Source: Deltaproteobacteria bacterium (GTDB lineage: Bacteria > Lernaellota > Lernaellaia > JACKCT01). From it: 64,000 nt of DNA. The stretch covers positions 109,479-173,478 of the forward strand of contig JAOSJX010000026.1 in NCBI GenBank assembly GCA_027493875.1. The letters run 5' to 3'. Position numbers and translations under genes: made by a program. Below the pieces are notes generated by a model. That model saw only the letters and a list, made by a program, of their open reading frames with translations. It did not search any database and was not told where the DNA came from. This document shows, piece by piece, positions 10,838 to 21,737 of this stretch; the stretch's first letter is position 1, and the number at the start of each line of letters is the position of its first letter.

Positions 10838-11810
10838 CGCCGGCCTCCGAACGCGCGAGGCCCTCGCGCACGAGATCCGCGAGGAGGCCGATGAAGATCG
10901 GATGGTCCATCGCCGTGCGGACGCGGAGCACTTCTTCGACGCCCGCCTCGTGCGCCATCTCGGCGACCTGCACATCCAACTCGTAGAGTGTCTCCAAATG
11001 TTCCGAGACGAAGGTGATCGGGAACATCACGAGCGTTTTGATCCCCTCGTTCCCGAGGCGCACGACTTCCTTATCAAGATAGGGCTTCATCCACTCGACG
11101 GGACCGAGGCGGCTTTGGTACGCGATGGAGACGTTTAATTCGGGCGGAAGCTTTTCGCGAATCTTCGCCATGGTGCGTCCGACCTGATCGATGTAAGGGT
11201 CGCCGCGCTTGACGTAAATCACGGGAACGCCGTGCGCCGTGAATAGGACGTGCGTTTTCGCGGGGTCGAAAGTTTTTCCGTCCGTCGTTTCGTGCCATCG
11301 GGCGGCGAGCGTGTCGATGTATTTGTCGCGGTCCGGATAAGAGTCAATCGCCGTCACGGCGATGCCCTCGCGCCGGCACAAGTCCGCCAACTCGACGACC
11401 GACGAGGTGCTCGTCGTACGCGAATACTGCGGATACATCGGCAACAGGATAACGCGCTTCGTGCCCGCGGCTCTCAGCGTACTCATCAATTCGTGCGCGC
11501 GCGGCGGGCTGTAGCGCATGGCGACGTGCACCGGCATGTCCACCAGCTTTTCCAGCGCGGCAGCCTGCGCGATTGTTTGCGGCAACAACGGCGATCCGCC
11601 GATTTCCTTGTAGTGCGGCAGCATCAGCGGCGCGCGTTTTTTGGCGATGACGCGCGCGAGCGATTTTTGATAGAGCCGGCCGAGCGGCAACTGAATGATG
11701 TAGGGGTCCGCGAAGAGTTCGTAGAGAAAGGCGCGGACCGCGTCCTCCTCCGGACGCTCCGGCGCCCCCATATTCAGCAGCACGACCGCCGTGTCGCGGG
11801 CCATCGCCAT
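10830..11810 (-). CDS. hemH: ferrochelatase
   Basis: LLNMGAP, GGSPL, MRYSPP, PMYPQYS, AHGVP, YQSRLGPVEW, FVSEHLETLYELD. Confidence 0.96.
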   Translation of the reverse strand: MAMARDTAVVLLNMGAPERPEEDAVRAFLYELFADPYIIQLPLGRLYQKSLARVIAKKRAPLMLPHYKEIGGSPLLPQTIAQAAALEKLVDMPVHVAMRYSPPRAHELMSTLRAAGTKRVILLPMYPQYSRTTSTSSVVELADLCRREGIAVTAIDSYPDRDKYIDTLAARWHETTDGKTFDPAKTHVLFTAHGVPVIYVKRGDPYIDQVGRTMAKIREKLPPELNVSIAYQSRLGPVEWMKPYLDKEVVRLGNEGIKTLVMFPITFVSEHLETLYELDVQVAEMAHEAGVEEVLRVRTAMDHPIFIGLLADLVREGLARSEAGDA

Positions 11811-11827
11811 CGCCCTTTCCGCCGTGT

Positions 11828-13267
11828 TCAGACCGTTTTGGAAAAGCGCTGCGTCGTCGGGTCGAGATACTGGTCGAACACGGTGCAGATATTACGAATG
11901 AAAAAACGTCCCAGCGGGGTGACGTCGATGCGCGTGTCACCGAGATTGACGAGGCCGTCCGCCGCGAGCGGTTCGAGCTTTTCCCGTTCCGCCGCGAACG
12001 CTTTCCAGAAATCGACGTTCCACGTTTTCTCGAACGCCGCCGCGTCGAGGGTGAAGTTCGAAAACAGGTCGATGATCAAATCTCGCCGCATCTTGTCCTC
12101 GGTGGACAACGTGAGCGCTTTCTGCCAGGGCAGCCGCCCGGCATCCACGTCGTCCATGTACGGCGGGATCTCCTTACGGTTCTGAACGTAAACGTCGCCG
12201 ACGGAGGCAATAGACGAGACGCCGAGCCCGACGAGATCGAGCCCACGCGCCGTGGTGTATCCCATAAAATTCCGGTTGAGGCGGCCGACGCGCTGCGATT
12301 GGGCGAGTTCGTCGTGCGGTTCGGCGAAGTGGTCCATGCCGATGGGAACATACCCGGCGTCGCGGAATTTCTCGAACGCGATACCCCAGAGCTGCACGCG
12401 TTCTTTTTCGTCCGGCAAGCCGTAGCGCTCGAGCACTTTCTGGTGCGACTTCATCCACGGCACGTGCGCGTAGCCGAAAAGCGCGATGCGCGACGGGCGC
12501 ATGCGGATGGTCTCATCGATCGTCTGTCCGAAGCGCTCGGGGTTTTGTCCGGGCAGGCCGTAGATGAGATCGAAATTCAGCGCCTGAATTTTCCGTTCCA
12601 AAAGATGCGAGACGATGGCCTCGACCAATTCCTGCGATTGATGCTTCCGCACGCGGCTGACGACGTCCGGATGGAGATCCTGCACGCCGAAGCTGACGCG
12701 GTTGAAACCCATGTCGAGCAGGCGGTCCATGTACGCGTTGTCGGTGGTGCGGACGTCGATTTCGATGGACCGCTCGCCCTCCTCCGGAAATTCCCAGATC
12801 GCGCGCAGCCCATCGATCAGCCGCTGCATGTCTTCGATAAGCAGAAAATTCGGCGTTCCGCCGCCGAGCGCGAGCTGCATGACGCGGTGATCGCGCCCGA
12901 CGCGCTTCGCGATGATTTCCGCCTCGGCCAGTAGCCGGTCCACGTAGGGTCCGCCGGCATGATGGTCTTTGCTGATGAAAAGATGGCAACCGCAAAACAG
13001 GCAGCGCCGCTCGCAATACGGAATATGGATGTAGAGCGACATATCACGCCGCTCGGCAAAGCGGCGGTATTCCGACTCGACAAACTCCGGATCAAAAGTT
13101 TCCGAAAACAAAGGGGCCGTCGGGTAGCTCGTGTAGCGCGGCGCCCGCGTGGCGTATTTCGTCCACAAGGCCGCTGGCACCTCGAGCGGGCCCGGAAGCG
13201 CCCGCGCCGCGTCGATCATCGCGCGCCGATCTTCCGGCGACAGATCTTTTCCGTTGCTTTCCGTCAC
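11828..13267 (-). CDS. hemN: oxygen-independent coproporphyrinogen III oxidase
   Basis: PRYTSYPTA, radical SAM HIPYCERRCLFCGC, GGGTP, RNFMGY; GTG start at 13267. Confidence 0.95.
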   Translation of the reverse strand: MTESNGKDLSPEDRRAMIDAARALPGPLEVPAALWTKYATRAPRYTSYPTAPLFSETFDPEFVESEYRRFAERRDMSLYIHIPYCERRCLFCGCHLFISKDHHAGGPYVDRLLAEAEIIAKRVGRDHRVMQLALGGGTPNFLLIEDMQRLIDGLRAIWEFPEEGERSIEIDVRTTDNAYMDRLLDMGFNRVSFGVQDLHPDVVSRVRKHQSQELVEAIVSHLLERKIQALNFDLIYGLPGQNPERFGQTIDETIRMRPSRIALFGYAHVPWMKSHQKVLERYGLPDEKERVQLWGIAFEKFRDAGYVPIGMDHFAEPHDELAQSQRVGRLNRNFMGYTTARGLDLVGLGVSSIASVGDVYVQNRKEIPPYMDDVDAGRLPWQKALTLSTEDKMRRDLIIDLFSNFTLDAAAFEKTWNVDFWKAFAAEREKLEPLAADGLVNLGDTRIDVTPLGRFFIRNICTVFDQYLDPTTQRFSKTV

Positions 13268-14282
13268 GCGCCAAGCTCCAGAACGGCGTCGACGAAGGCC
13301 TGCGCCCCCCGACAGGCGTTCCCGGCAAAATGCCGTGGCCGAGATTGAAGATGTGTCCCCGCCCTTCCATTTGTTCGTGCACCCGGCGCACTTCGGCGCG
13401 AATTTTTTCCGGCGGCCCGAACAGCAGCAGCGGATCGACGTTGCCTTGCAGGGCGACATCGGGACCCAACCGCCGGCGCGCCTCGGCCATATCGACGCGC
13501 CAATCCACGCCTATCACGTCCGCGCCGGATTGCGCCATGAGTTCCAGAACATTTCCACCGCTCCCCACGTAGAGGATACGCGGAGCGCCCAAGTCCGCGA
13601 TCGCGTCAAAGATTTTGCGGTGCCAGGGCAGAACGTGCCGTTCGTAATCCCGCAGGGTCAGGTCGCCCGCCCAGGTATCGAAAAGCTGGACGGCGTCGGC
13701 GCCCGCCTCGATCTGAAGGCGCAAAAAGGCGCCGATCGCGTCGGTCAGTTTTTCCATGAGGGCGGTAAATAGGCCAAGGTCCTTGTAGAGCATCGTCCGG
13801 GCGCCATGGGAGCGCTCGCGACCGGGCGATTCGGTCATATAGCTGGCGATGGTAAACGGCGCGCCAGCGAAACCGAAGCAGGGCCTTGTCCGGCACCGCC
13901 TTCCTACTTTGCGCAGCGCGTCCGCCACGAAAGCCAGAGATTCCTTGGGGTCCGGGTCGCGCAGGCTATCCAAATCGTCCTTCGTCGCGACCGGCGGGCG
14001 CGTCCGGCCCCCGGTGGGGTAGCTGACCTCGCAGCCCATCGCCTCCGGGACCACGAGAATGTCCGGAAGATGATGGCGGCGTCGAGCTCAAAGCGCCGCA
14101 GCGGCATGAGCGTCACTTCGCAGGCCAGCGACGGCTCGTGGCAGGTCGATAAAAAAATCGTTGTGCACGCGGCTTTTGCGGTATTCGGGGAGGTAACGGC
14201 CCGCCTGGCGCATCATCCACACGGGCGGGCGGTCGACGGTCTCCCGTCGGCAGGCCGCGAGAAATCGTTCTCTGGCTTCCAA
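13264..14282 (-). CDS. hemE: uroporphyrinogen decarboxylase (several frameshifts)
   Basis: [46 protein letters not shown] spread over several frames. Confidence 0.92.
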
Positions 14283-14422
14283 TTCAGCGTCCTTTCAGGC
14301 CGGCCCCGGGAATCGCGCGGAAGGGCGTTCGGCGAGCCATTTTATAACTTTGACGGCGCCTCTTGTCATGCGTTCGTCATTGCCGGGAATTCTCGAAAAC
14401 GCCTGGAGATTCCGGGGGTGGA

Positions 14423-16174
14423 TTAGCCAGCCGGCACCACCGCTAGCTTCAAACGATAGACGTCCCGCACGTACCGTCCGGCGGACTCGGACCACAGGAA
14501 ACGCGCGGCGCGGGGCCCTCTCCCTCATTTCCCTTCCACAAATCAGGCTTTTCTCGCGCATCCACAACACGTCGTCGATGGTGGAAATGAAGTCCTCCAC
14601 CATGTCGCGGAGGTCGCGGCCGTGGAAGGCAAATCCGTTTTCCTGATCGATGGCCGTATCTTTGAGACCGCCGACGGCGTTGACGACCGGCAACTGCCCG
14701 TCGCGCATGGCGAGCATCTGGCTGATGCCGCACGGTTCGTAGAGGCTGGGCATGAGAAAGACGTCGCCGCTCGAATAAAGCGCGTCGGCGAGGCGTTCGC
14801 TGGTCGCGTTCACGAAGCAAAACGCGTCGAAACGCGCGGTCATGTCGCGCAGCGCCTGCTCCCAGTGCGGCAGTCCCGCGCCGAGGAGAACGAACACGCC
14901 TCCCCGCGGCATCGAGCTTTTCCATCAGGCGCTCGAAGGCGAACCGTTCGTCGTGCCCGCGTTCGAAAAGCAGGCGGATTTTTTGGTCGGACAGCCGTGT
15001 GACGCCCGTCAGGACCACGGCGGGTTTTTTCGCGGACCACGCTTCGAGCCGGTCCCGCGTTTCCCCGTGCGGCGACGCATCCGACGATTTCTGGATCAGC
15101 GCCGTCGTCTCCTCGGCCAGCAACGACCGCAGTGCGCCGAAATCGAGCGCGGCGGCTTTGCGTTTGGGGGGTATTCCAAGCCGTTCAGCACGCCCACGAG
15201 CCGGCCTTCGTCGCGCGCGGCGCGGACAACCCACTCAATCCTTCGGCTCCCCAGAAGCCGGCGCCGTGATCCGACGGAAAAACGATCTCCTCGGCGTACG
15301 TCGGGCTGACGGTGTTGACCATGTCGGCCGTTTGGATCGCGGCGGCGAGCGGCGTATAGCACGGCCACCCGAAGCGGCGGTCGGCGAACCGCGCGGCGAT
15401 CTCGCTTCGCGTGGCCGGGTCGGTCAGCAGCTCCGGAAACCAGGCGCCGAGCGACGATTCGTGACCTTCGATCGGCCGCGTTCCCTGGATGCCGATATTG
15501 TGGATCGTCAGGACGGCGCGGTGCTTTTTCAGTTTCGCGAACGCCGGATGCAGCTCGCGCAAAAAGAGAAGCGTTCCGGCATGCCAGTCGTGCGCGTGGA
15601 GAATGTCCACGCCCTTGAAGGGACCGATCCCGCCGGCCACCGCCTGCCCCACCGCGGAGCAGAACAGCGCGAATTTCGACGCGTCCGCGGCGAAGGGCCG
15701 GCTGGCGTCGTCGTGAAAATAGATGGGGTTGCCGCGAATCCAAATGTTTTCGACCACGACGTGCGTGACGTTGCGCTCGGCCCTGTCAGGCTTCAATTCG
15801 TGAATCTCGGCGCGTTCCACGCGCCCGCAGAACGGGAATTCGACCGCGTACGACTTTTTCAGGGGATGGTCGATATGCAGAAAGCCGTAGGCCGGCGTGA
15901 CCACGGTAACCTTCAGTCCTTCGGCCGCGAGCGCCGGGGAGATCGCGGATGACGTCGGCGATGCCGCCGACCTTGCCGCCGCGCAGGGCGCCGTTTTCCG
16001 CGGCGATCATGAGCACGTGCGTCTTTTTCGGCGCGCGTAGTTTTGGACGGCGCGGACGCCGTATTTTTCACCGGCGCTTTCCCGGCGGCCGTCTTCTTCG
16101 CTGTCGTCTTTTTTTACCGTCTTTTTCTTCGCGACCGTTTCCTTCGACTTCGCGACGTCTTTTTTAACCGCCAT
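14423..16174 (-). CDS. glgA: glycogen synthase with Lys-rich N-terminal extension (several frameshifts)
   Basis: AAENGALRGGKVGGIADV, HAHDWH, TIHN, VSPTYAEEI, MPSLYEPCGISQMLAMR, VGGLKDT. RBS plus ATG at 16174. Confidence 0.85.
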
Positions 16175-16279
16175 GGCCTACCTCGGATGGAGAGTGCGTT
16201 TCGGGCTCTTAATTGAAATCGTCTTTTGCTTCAATCGGCGGCGCGTTCGGAGCCGTGACAATTTTGGAACGCGTTGTCG

Positions 16280-17965
16280 TCAGGCGCCCGCGTTTTCACG
16301 CAACCAGCGAACCAAAAAGCCGACCGCGTCATCGTCGAGCGCCCGGTCCGGATCGGAATAGCCGGCGATCCGTCCGCGGCCGCGGACCAGAAAGTGATCC
16401 AACCCGTCAAAACGCTTGTGCGCGTATCCGCCTTTCTTTTCGCCGGCTTTGACGAGCGGCGCGGCCATGCCGTCGAAAATCTGCTGGTCTTTTTCCATGG
16501 TGACGTGAAGCACGGGCGCCTTGGCGGCCGCCAAGTCGGCGGCCGGGTTCAGTTTGTCCCATTGCCGATAGAGATCCAGATACACCGGCCGTCCGCCGAT
16601 GACGGTGAATTCCTCGTCGCCTTCCCGCGCGCGCCGGATGGCGATGGCCACGGGATGGTCCGTCATCGCGTCGGGATCGTCCCGCTGCCCCATCGCCGCG
16701 AGTCGGCGGCGGGCCTGCTCGAGCGCCAGTTCGGTGAGGGAAACCGGCGACGGCGCCAGGACGATCACCGCGGCGATTTCCGGCCGCTTCGCCGCCAGCC
16801 GCAGGGCCACGTTTCCGCCCTCGCCGTGGCCGACGAGGGCGACGCGCGCGGCGTCGACGCCGGGCTGCGCGAGAAGGTTGTCGAGCGCCCGCGACGCGTC
16901 CGCCTCGAGCACCGAGAGCGCGGACTGCGCAAGATCGCCTTGCGATCCGCCCACGCCCCGGTCGGCGTAGGACATCACGACGAATCCGGATTCGGCGATC
17001 TTATCGCACAGCGCACCGGTGAGCGTGTCGAGTCCCGTGACGAAATCCACGCCGCGCGCGTCCTGGCCGCCGGTATCGGAGAGAAACAAAACGGCCGGCA
17101 AATCGGGATGATCGCCGCGCGGCCGGCGGACGAGGGCCTTCAGCATCGGCCGCGGCGTTCCGGCGATGCCCTCGCCCCCTTGAAAGGACGCCTCGCCCGT
17201 TTCGACGGTCGACGGGACGCGGCGTGGCGCCGGCGCCTCGCGCGTCGTCCCCTTATACCCTTGAAGCTCCGCGACGGCCCCGGTGGCGGGGATTTCGATG
17301 CGGATCAACCGGCCGCTGCCGTCCGCCCACGCCGAGACGCCGTAGGTGTCGAGATCGATAAAATAACGGCGCGCCGCGAAATTCCCGCCCGCGAGCGCGG
17401 CGGTATCGTCGCCGCGGTCGTCGACGTAGGCCGTGGTTTCGACCATCTCGCTGGGGACCACCACCGGGATCGATTTTCCCAGAATTTTCTGCATGACCGC
17501 GCGGTGCACGAGCGCGCCGAAATGGCTGAACACCCCGGCATCGACGACGGCGGCGGAGGCGGGGCCTTCGATTTTGCGTTCGAGGGACGCTTCGCCGGTG
17601 TTGAGTTTGACCAGAAAACGGAACCCGTCGTACACCATCGCCAGCTTGCGCGGCAGGCGGTCGACGTAAACCTCGCGCTGATAATCGCGAAAAACGCCGC
17701 CCGCCTTCACGGCCAATTCCGTATAATCGTTGACCGCGCTCTGGTCCACCGATTCGTCCTTGACGGTGCCGCTGCTTTTGACGACGTACGCGCCGTCCTC
17801 GTCCATGTCGATCTCGAATTTCTCGGCGCCGATGACTTTTCCGCCGCTCCTGATTTCATACACGCCCGCGAACGACGCCGCGGACGCGAACGCCGGCACG
17901 AGGAACAATAAGGTGACCGCGGCCAGGGCCGCGCGAGGAACGGTCGACGTCAAATTTTCCCCCAT
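16280..17965 (-). CDS. exported alpha/beta hydrolase with N-terminal beta-rich domain
   Basis: Signal peptide; DRGVGGS; nucleophile elbow reads GHGEGG (Ser replaced by Gly); GLDHFL. Confidence 0.7.
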   Translation of the reverse strand: MGENLTSTVPRAALAAVTLLFLVPAFASAASFAGVYEIRSGGKVIGAEKFEIDMDEDGAYVVKSSGTVKDESVDQSAVNDYTELAVKAGGVFRDYQREVYVDRLPRKLAMVYDGFRFLVKLNTGEASLERKIEGPASAAVVDAGVFSHFGALVHRAVMQKILGKSIPVVVPSEMVETTAYVDDRGDDTAALAGGNFAARRYFIDLDTYGVSAWADGSGRLIRIEIPATGAVAELQGYKGTTREAPAPRRVPSTVETGEASFQGGEGIAGTPRPMLKALVRRPRGDHPDLPAVLFLSDTGGQDARGVDFVTGLDTLTGALCDKIAESGFVVMSYADRGVGGSQGDLAQSALSVLEADASRALDNLLAQPGVDAARVALVGHGEGGNVALRLAAKRPEIAAVIVLAPSPVSLTELALEQARRRLAAMGQRDDPDAMTDHPVAIAIRRAREGDEEFTVIGGRPVYLDLYRQWDKLNPAADLAAAKAPVLHVTMEKDQQIFDGMAAPLVKAGEKKGGYAHKRFDGLDHFLVRGRGRIAGYSDPDRALDDDAVGFLVRWLRENAGA

Positions 17966-18216
17966 GGCGCCGGAACAACGCGGGGCTTGTGTATCAAATC
18001 GCGGCGCGCGACGCAAACGGCCCGCACCGAGGCGCGGCGCGAATTTTTTTAACGTCGCGCGCGCCCGGCCGAGGCGCCGGACGCCGCCGCCGAGGACTTG
18101 CTCGAAGCGCGTCCGCGGGGTCCGGTTGGCAACGAGCGCGCCTTCGGATAAGGTTTGCGGCTTCGTTCCAAGGGAAACCGAGGCGGCCGTCCGGCCGCGT
18201 ACGCCCGGGGGCTCAC

Positions 18217-20097
18217 ATGCGTAAAATCATTGCGGCCTTATTGATCGCGTCGGCGGCGTGTGCCCTGGCCGGCGCGGCGGAGGTTCGCGAGAGAAAGGAT
18301 ATCGCCGTGAAGGATACCTGGGATCTTTCCGATCTCTACCCGACGGTGGAAGCGTTTCTGGCGGAGAAAAAATCCTTTGAGGCCGATTTGAAAAAGATCG
18401 AAGCCTACAAAGGCCGCCTCGCCGAATCCGCCAAGGTTTTGAAAGAAGCGCTCGACGTCTATTGGGGCCTGGAAGAACGCCAGCGGCGTATGGAGTCCTA
18501 CGCCGGGCGTTTGTCCGATCAGGATACCCGCGACCAGACGAACAAAGCCTACGCCAGCGAAGTGTCGCAAAACCGCTCGCGCCTCGGCACGGTATCCGCC
18601 TACATGGAACCGGAAATTGTGGCGCTGGGCGAGGCGGGCGTCGAGAAATTTCTCGCGGCGGAATCGGGGCTCGCGTCGTACAGGCGCCCGTTGGAGGAAA
18701 CGCTGCGTCTCGCGGAACACATTCTCTCGCCGCAGGAGGAGAAGATTCTCGCCGCCGCGTCCGACATCGCGGGGGCCGGGTCCAACATCTACGGCCTGTT
18801 TTCCAACGCCGACCTGCCGCGTAAAACGATCACGCTGTCCGACGGCTCGGAAGTAAAGCTGACGGACGCGAATTACGCCAAGTACCGCCGCGCGCCGGTG
18901 AAGGCCGACCGGGATCTGCTCGCCGAAACCTTCTTCTCCCAGTACGACGGGTTCAAGCGCGTGATCGGCGAAATGCTCTACACGCAGATCAAGGCGCACC
19001 GGTTCTACGCCGAGGCGCGCGGCTACGACTCGACGCTCGCCTCGGCGCTGAACCGCGACGACGTCGATCCGGCGATTTACAAAACGCTCATCGAGACGGC
19101 GCACAAGAACCTCCCGACCTTCCACCGCTACCTGCGCCTCAAGGCGCGGGCGATGGGTGTCGCAAAAGTGGATTATCAGGACCTCTACGCGTCGTTTACG
19201 GAGGACGTTTCCATCGACGTGCCGTGGGCGGAGGCGAAGACGATGCTGGTCGAATCGCTCGCGCCCATGGGCGAGGACTACGTCAAAAACATCCGCGCCT
19301 CGCTCGAAAACCGGTGGATCGACGTTTATCCGACGGAAGGCAAGCGCAGCGGCGCCTATTCCAGCGGCTGGGCCTACGGCGTGCATCCGTACGTGCTGAT
19401 GAACTACAACGACGAGTACCAGGACGTCCTGACCCTCGCGCACGAACTCGGCCACGCACTGCATTCACACTACTCCAATGCGGCGCAACCGCTGCCCTCT
19501 TCGGATTATTCGACGTTCGTCGCGGAGATCGCCTCGACGTTCAACGAAAATCTGCTGAACGACTACATGCTTAAAAAGGTGCAGGACGAAAACGAACGCT
19601 TCTACCTGCTCGGCAATTTCCTCGACGGCACGATCAAAGGAACCTTTTTCCGGCAGATTCAGTTCGCCGAATTCGAATGGATGGCGCACCAGCGCGTCGA
19701 GGCCGGCGAGGCGCTCACCGGTGAAACGCTCTCCAAGATGTATTTGGAGCTCGTCCGCAAGTACTACGGCCACGACGAAGGCGCGTGCAACGTGCCGGAA
19801 TTCTACGCGGCGGAATGGGCCTACATCCCGCACTTCTACTTCAACTATTACGTGTTCCAGTATTCAACGAGCGTCGCCGCGGCCAGCGCGTTGTCCGAAA
19901 AAGTCCTGGCCGGCGAACCGGGCGCCCTCGCCCGCTATCAGGGGTTGCTCAAAGCCGGCGGCTCGAACGATCCGGTGACGCTCGTGCGCGAGGCGGGCAT
20001 CGACATGACCGAGCCCGAAGCCTTCGACGCCCTCGTGGCCCGCGCCAACCGCTACATGGACGAACTCGAGAAGATTCTGGACGCGAAAGGGCTGTAG
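18217..20097 (+). CDS. pepF: oligoendopeptidase F (M3B) with signal peptide
   Basis: WDLSDLY, GKRSGAYS, HELGHALHS, AEIASTFNE, WAYIPHFY. Confidence 0.93.
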   Translation: MRKIIAALLIASAACALAGAAEVRERKDIAVKDTWDLSDLYPTVEAFLAEKKSFEADLKKIEAYKGRLAESAKVLKEALDVYWGLEERQRRMESYAGRLSDQDTRDQTNKAYASEVSQNRSRLGTVSAYMEPEIVALGEAGVEKFLAAESGLASYRRPLEETLRLAEHILSPQEEKILAAASDIAGAGSNIYGLFSNADLPRKTITLSDGSEVKLTDANYAKYRRAPVKADRDLLAETFFSQYDGFKRVIGEMLYTQIKAHRFYAEARGYDSTLASALNRDDVDPAIYKTLIETAHKNLPTFHRYLRLKARAMGVAKVDYQDLYASFTEDVSIDVPWAEAKTMLVESLAPMGEDYVKNIRASLENRWIDVYPTEGKRSGAYSSGWAYGVHPYVLMNYNDEYQDVLTLAHELGHALHSHYSNAAQPLPSSDYSTFVAEIASTFNENLLNDYMLKKVQDENERFYLLGNFLDGTIKGTFFRQIQFAEFEWMAHQRVEAGEALTGETLSKMYLELVRKYYGHDEGACNVPEFYAAEWAYIPHFYFNYYVFQYSTSVAAASALSEKVLAGEPGALARYQGLLKAGGSNDPVTLVREAGIDMTEPEAFDALVARANRYMDELEKILDAKGL

Positions 20098-20140
20098 CAA
20101 CCGGGGGGGATTCTTGCGCGATTTGGCTCGCCGCCTGCTC

Positions 20141-20599
20141 TTAGTCCGCGTCGCCGAGGTACAGAGGCGTCGTACCTTGGTCGCCGTTGCGTCGAACGAC
20201 TTCGCTAAGCGACTTGGGAAAGGCTTTTCGGTTTGGGAGTTCGCCAACCGGTATCCATGCGATACTCCGGTGCCCCGGATCGCGTGGGACGAGATCAATG
20301 GCGGAAGCGAGCGTCGCGGTAAAATAAAACTCGACCGAATGAAGTGCGGCGACGTCGCCGATCACGCGTTTCCGCCTTGATCCAATGAACTCGCGAACCG
20401 TGACGCAATCGCCGACGGTGACGTCGGCGTTTAATTCTTCGCGGCATTCCCTTGCCAGTGTCTCCGCGAGCGTTTCTCCGAACTCCTGTCGTCCTCCCGG
20501 AAGAATCCACCACCGGTCGTCGCCGTCGGCGACTTCGATCATAAGAACCCGACCGTCGCGGACAATGACCGCTCGTGCCACCGTCGTTACGGAATGCAT
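20141..20599 (-). CDS. NUDIX hydrolase
   Basis: Nudix box LPGGRQEFGETLAETLARECREEL. Confidence 0.9.
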   Translation of the reverse strand: MHSVTTVARAVIVRDGRVLMIEVADGDDRWWILPGGRQEFGETLAETLARECREELNADVTVGDCVTVREFIGSRRKRVIGDVAALHSVEFYFTATLASAIDLVPRDPGHRSIAWIPVGELPNRKAFPKSLSEVVRRNGDQGTTPLYLGDAD

Positions 20600-20638
20600 T
20601 TCCACATTCGACATTCTACTTTCCACATTCCAAATGAT

Positions 20639-21718
20639 TCATTTCGCGATATACCGATCGAACCCGCTCGTCTTGAGCGAGCGGAACGCGGTGCCGTCGT
20701 GAACGATGAGGTAGCCTTCGGCCCGTTCGTGCTCTTCGAGAAGCCGCAGGCCCTTTTCCGGGCCGAGGACGTTTGCGGCGGTCGCCAGCGCGTCGGCCAG
20801 CGCGCAGGTCGGCGCGACCACCGAAACGGAGGCGAGCCCGTGCTCCACCGGGCGCCGGGTCTTCGGGTCGATGGTATGCGAGATGCGTTTCCCATCGACG
20901 ATGCGGTAGTTCCGGTAGTCGCCGCTGGTGGCGACGGCGGTATCGGTCACGCCGAGCACGAGTTCGAGTTCGGTTCCCGTTTTCGCTTCGGGATTCGGCC
21001 GATCCACGCCGATGCGCCAGGGAACGCGGTCGGCGTTGAGCCCGTGCGTGCGGACCTCGCCGCCCACCTCCACCATGACGTTGGGATACCCCGCGGCGAC
21101 GAGCGCGTCGTGCGCTTTGTCCACCGCGTAACCCTTGGCGACGGCCGACAGATCGATCTGAACGCCGTCTTGCTTCTTTGTCAGCGACCCGGTTTGCTTG
21201 TCGGCGATGAGTTTGCGGTAGTTCACCAGCTCGCCGGCCACCGCCAAGTCGATCTTGTCCGGCACGAGCGGCACGCTGCGGTTGGCGCCGAATCCCCAAA
21301 GCTCGACGAGCGGTTCGATCGTCGGGTCGAACGCGCCTTCCGACAGCCGCGCCACCGTCAACGCCAGCCGGACGACGCGCATCGTGTCGCTCGACACCGG
21401 CACGGCCTGGCCCGCCCGCGCGGCATTGAACTGGGAAGCTTCCGACGTGCTTTTGTACGTGGACATCTTGGCGTCCACGTCGTCGAGGATGTCCTTGATG
21501 CGTCGTTCGAGCGCCCGGCGCGTATCCTGCCCCATGGGCGGCAGCGCGATGGTGACGTGGTACGTCGTGCCCATCGTGCTGCCGGCGAAAACCCAGGGGG
21601 CCGCTTTGGTGTAGTCGATGTCGGGTTTGTCCGGCCGGCAGGCGGCCGAGAGCAAGACCGCCGCGCCCACCACGGCGATGGTCGTTCCCCGCAACGCATG
21701 GCGCACGGCGCGACGCAA
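20639..21718 (-). CDS. apbE: FAD:protein FMN transferase lipoprotein
   Basis: Lipobox LSAAC; MGTTY, GAFDPT, DLSAVAKGYAVD, ATSGDYR, SHTIDP, ADALATA. Confidence 0.95.
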   Translation of the reverse strand: MRRAVRHALRGTTIAVVGAAVLLSAACRPDKPDIDYTKAAPWVFAGSTMGTTYHVTIALPPMGQDTRRALERRIKDILDDVDAKMSTYKSTSEASQFNAARAGQAVPVSSDTMRVVRLALTVARLSEGAFDPTIEPLVELWGFGANRSVPLVPDKIDLAVAGELVNYRKLIADKQTGSLTKKQDGVQIDLSAVAKGYAVDKAHDALVAAGYPNVMVEVGGEVRTHGLNADRVPWRIGVDRPNPEAKTGTELELVLGVTDTAVATSGDYRNYRIVDGKRISHTIDPKTRRPVEHGLASVSVVAPTCALADALATAANVLGPEKGLRLLEEHERAEGYLIVHDGTAFRSLKTSGFDRYIAK

Positions 21719-21737
21719 GCGGTTTACCCGATGCCGC

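Noticed and set aside
17990-18210. Structured RNA or riboswitch upstream of pepF
   Set aside because: GC-rich stems are possible, but no known aptamer motif was recognised.
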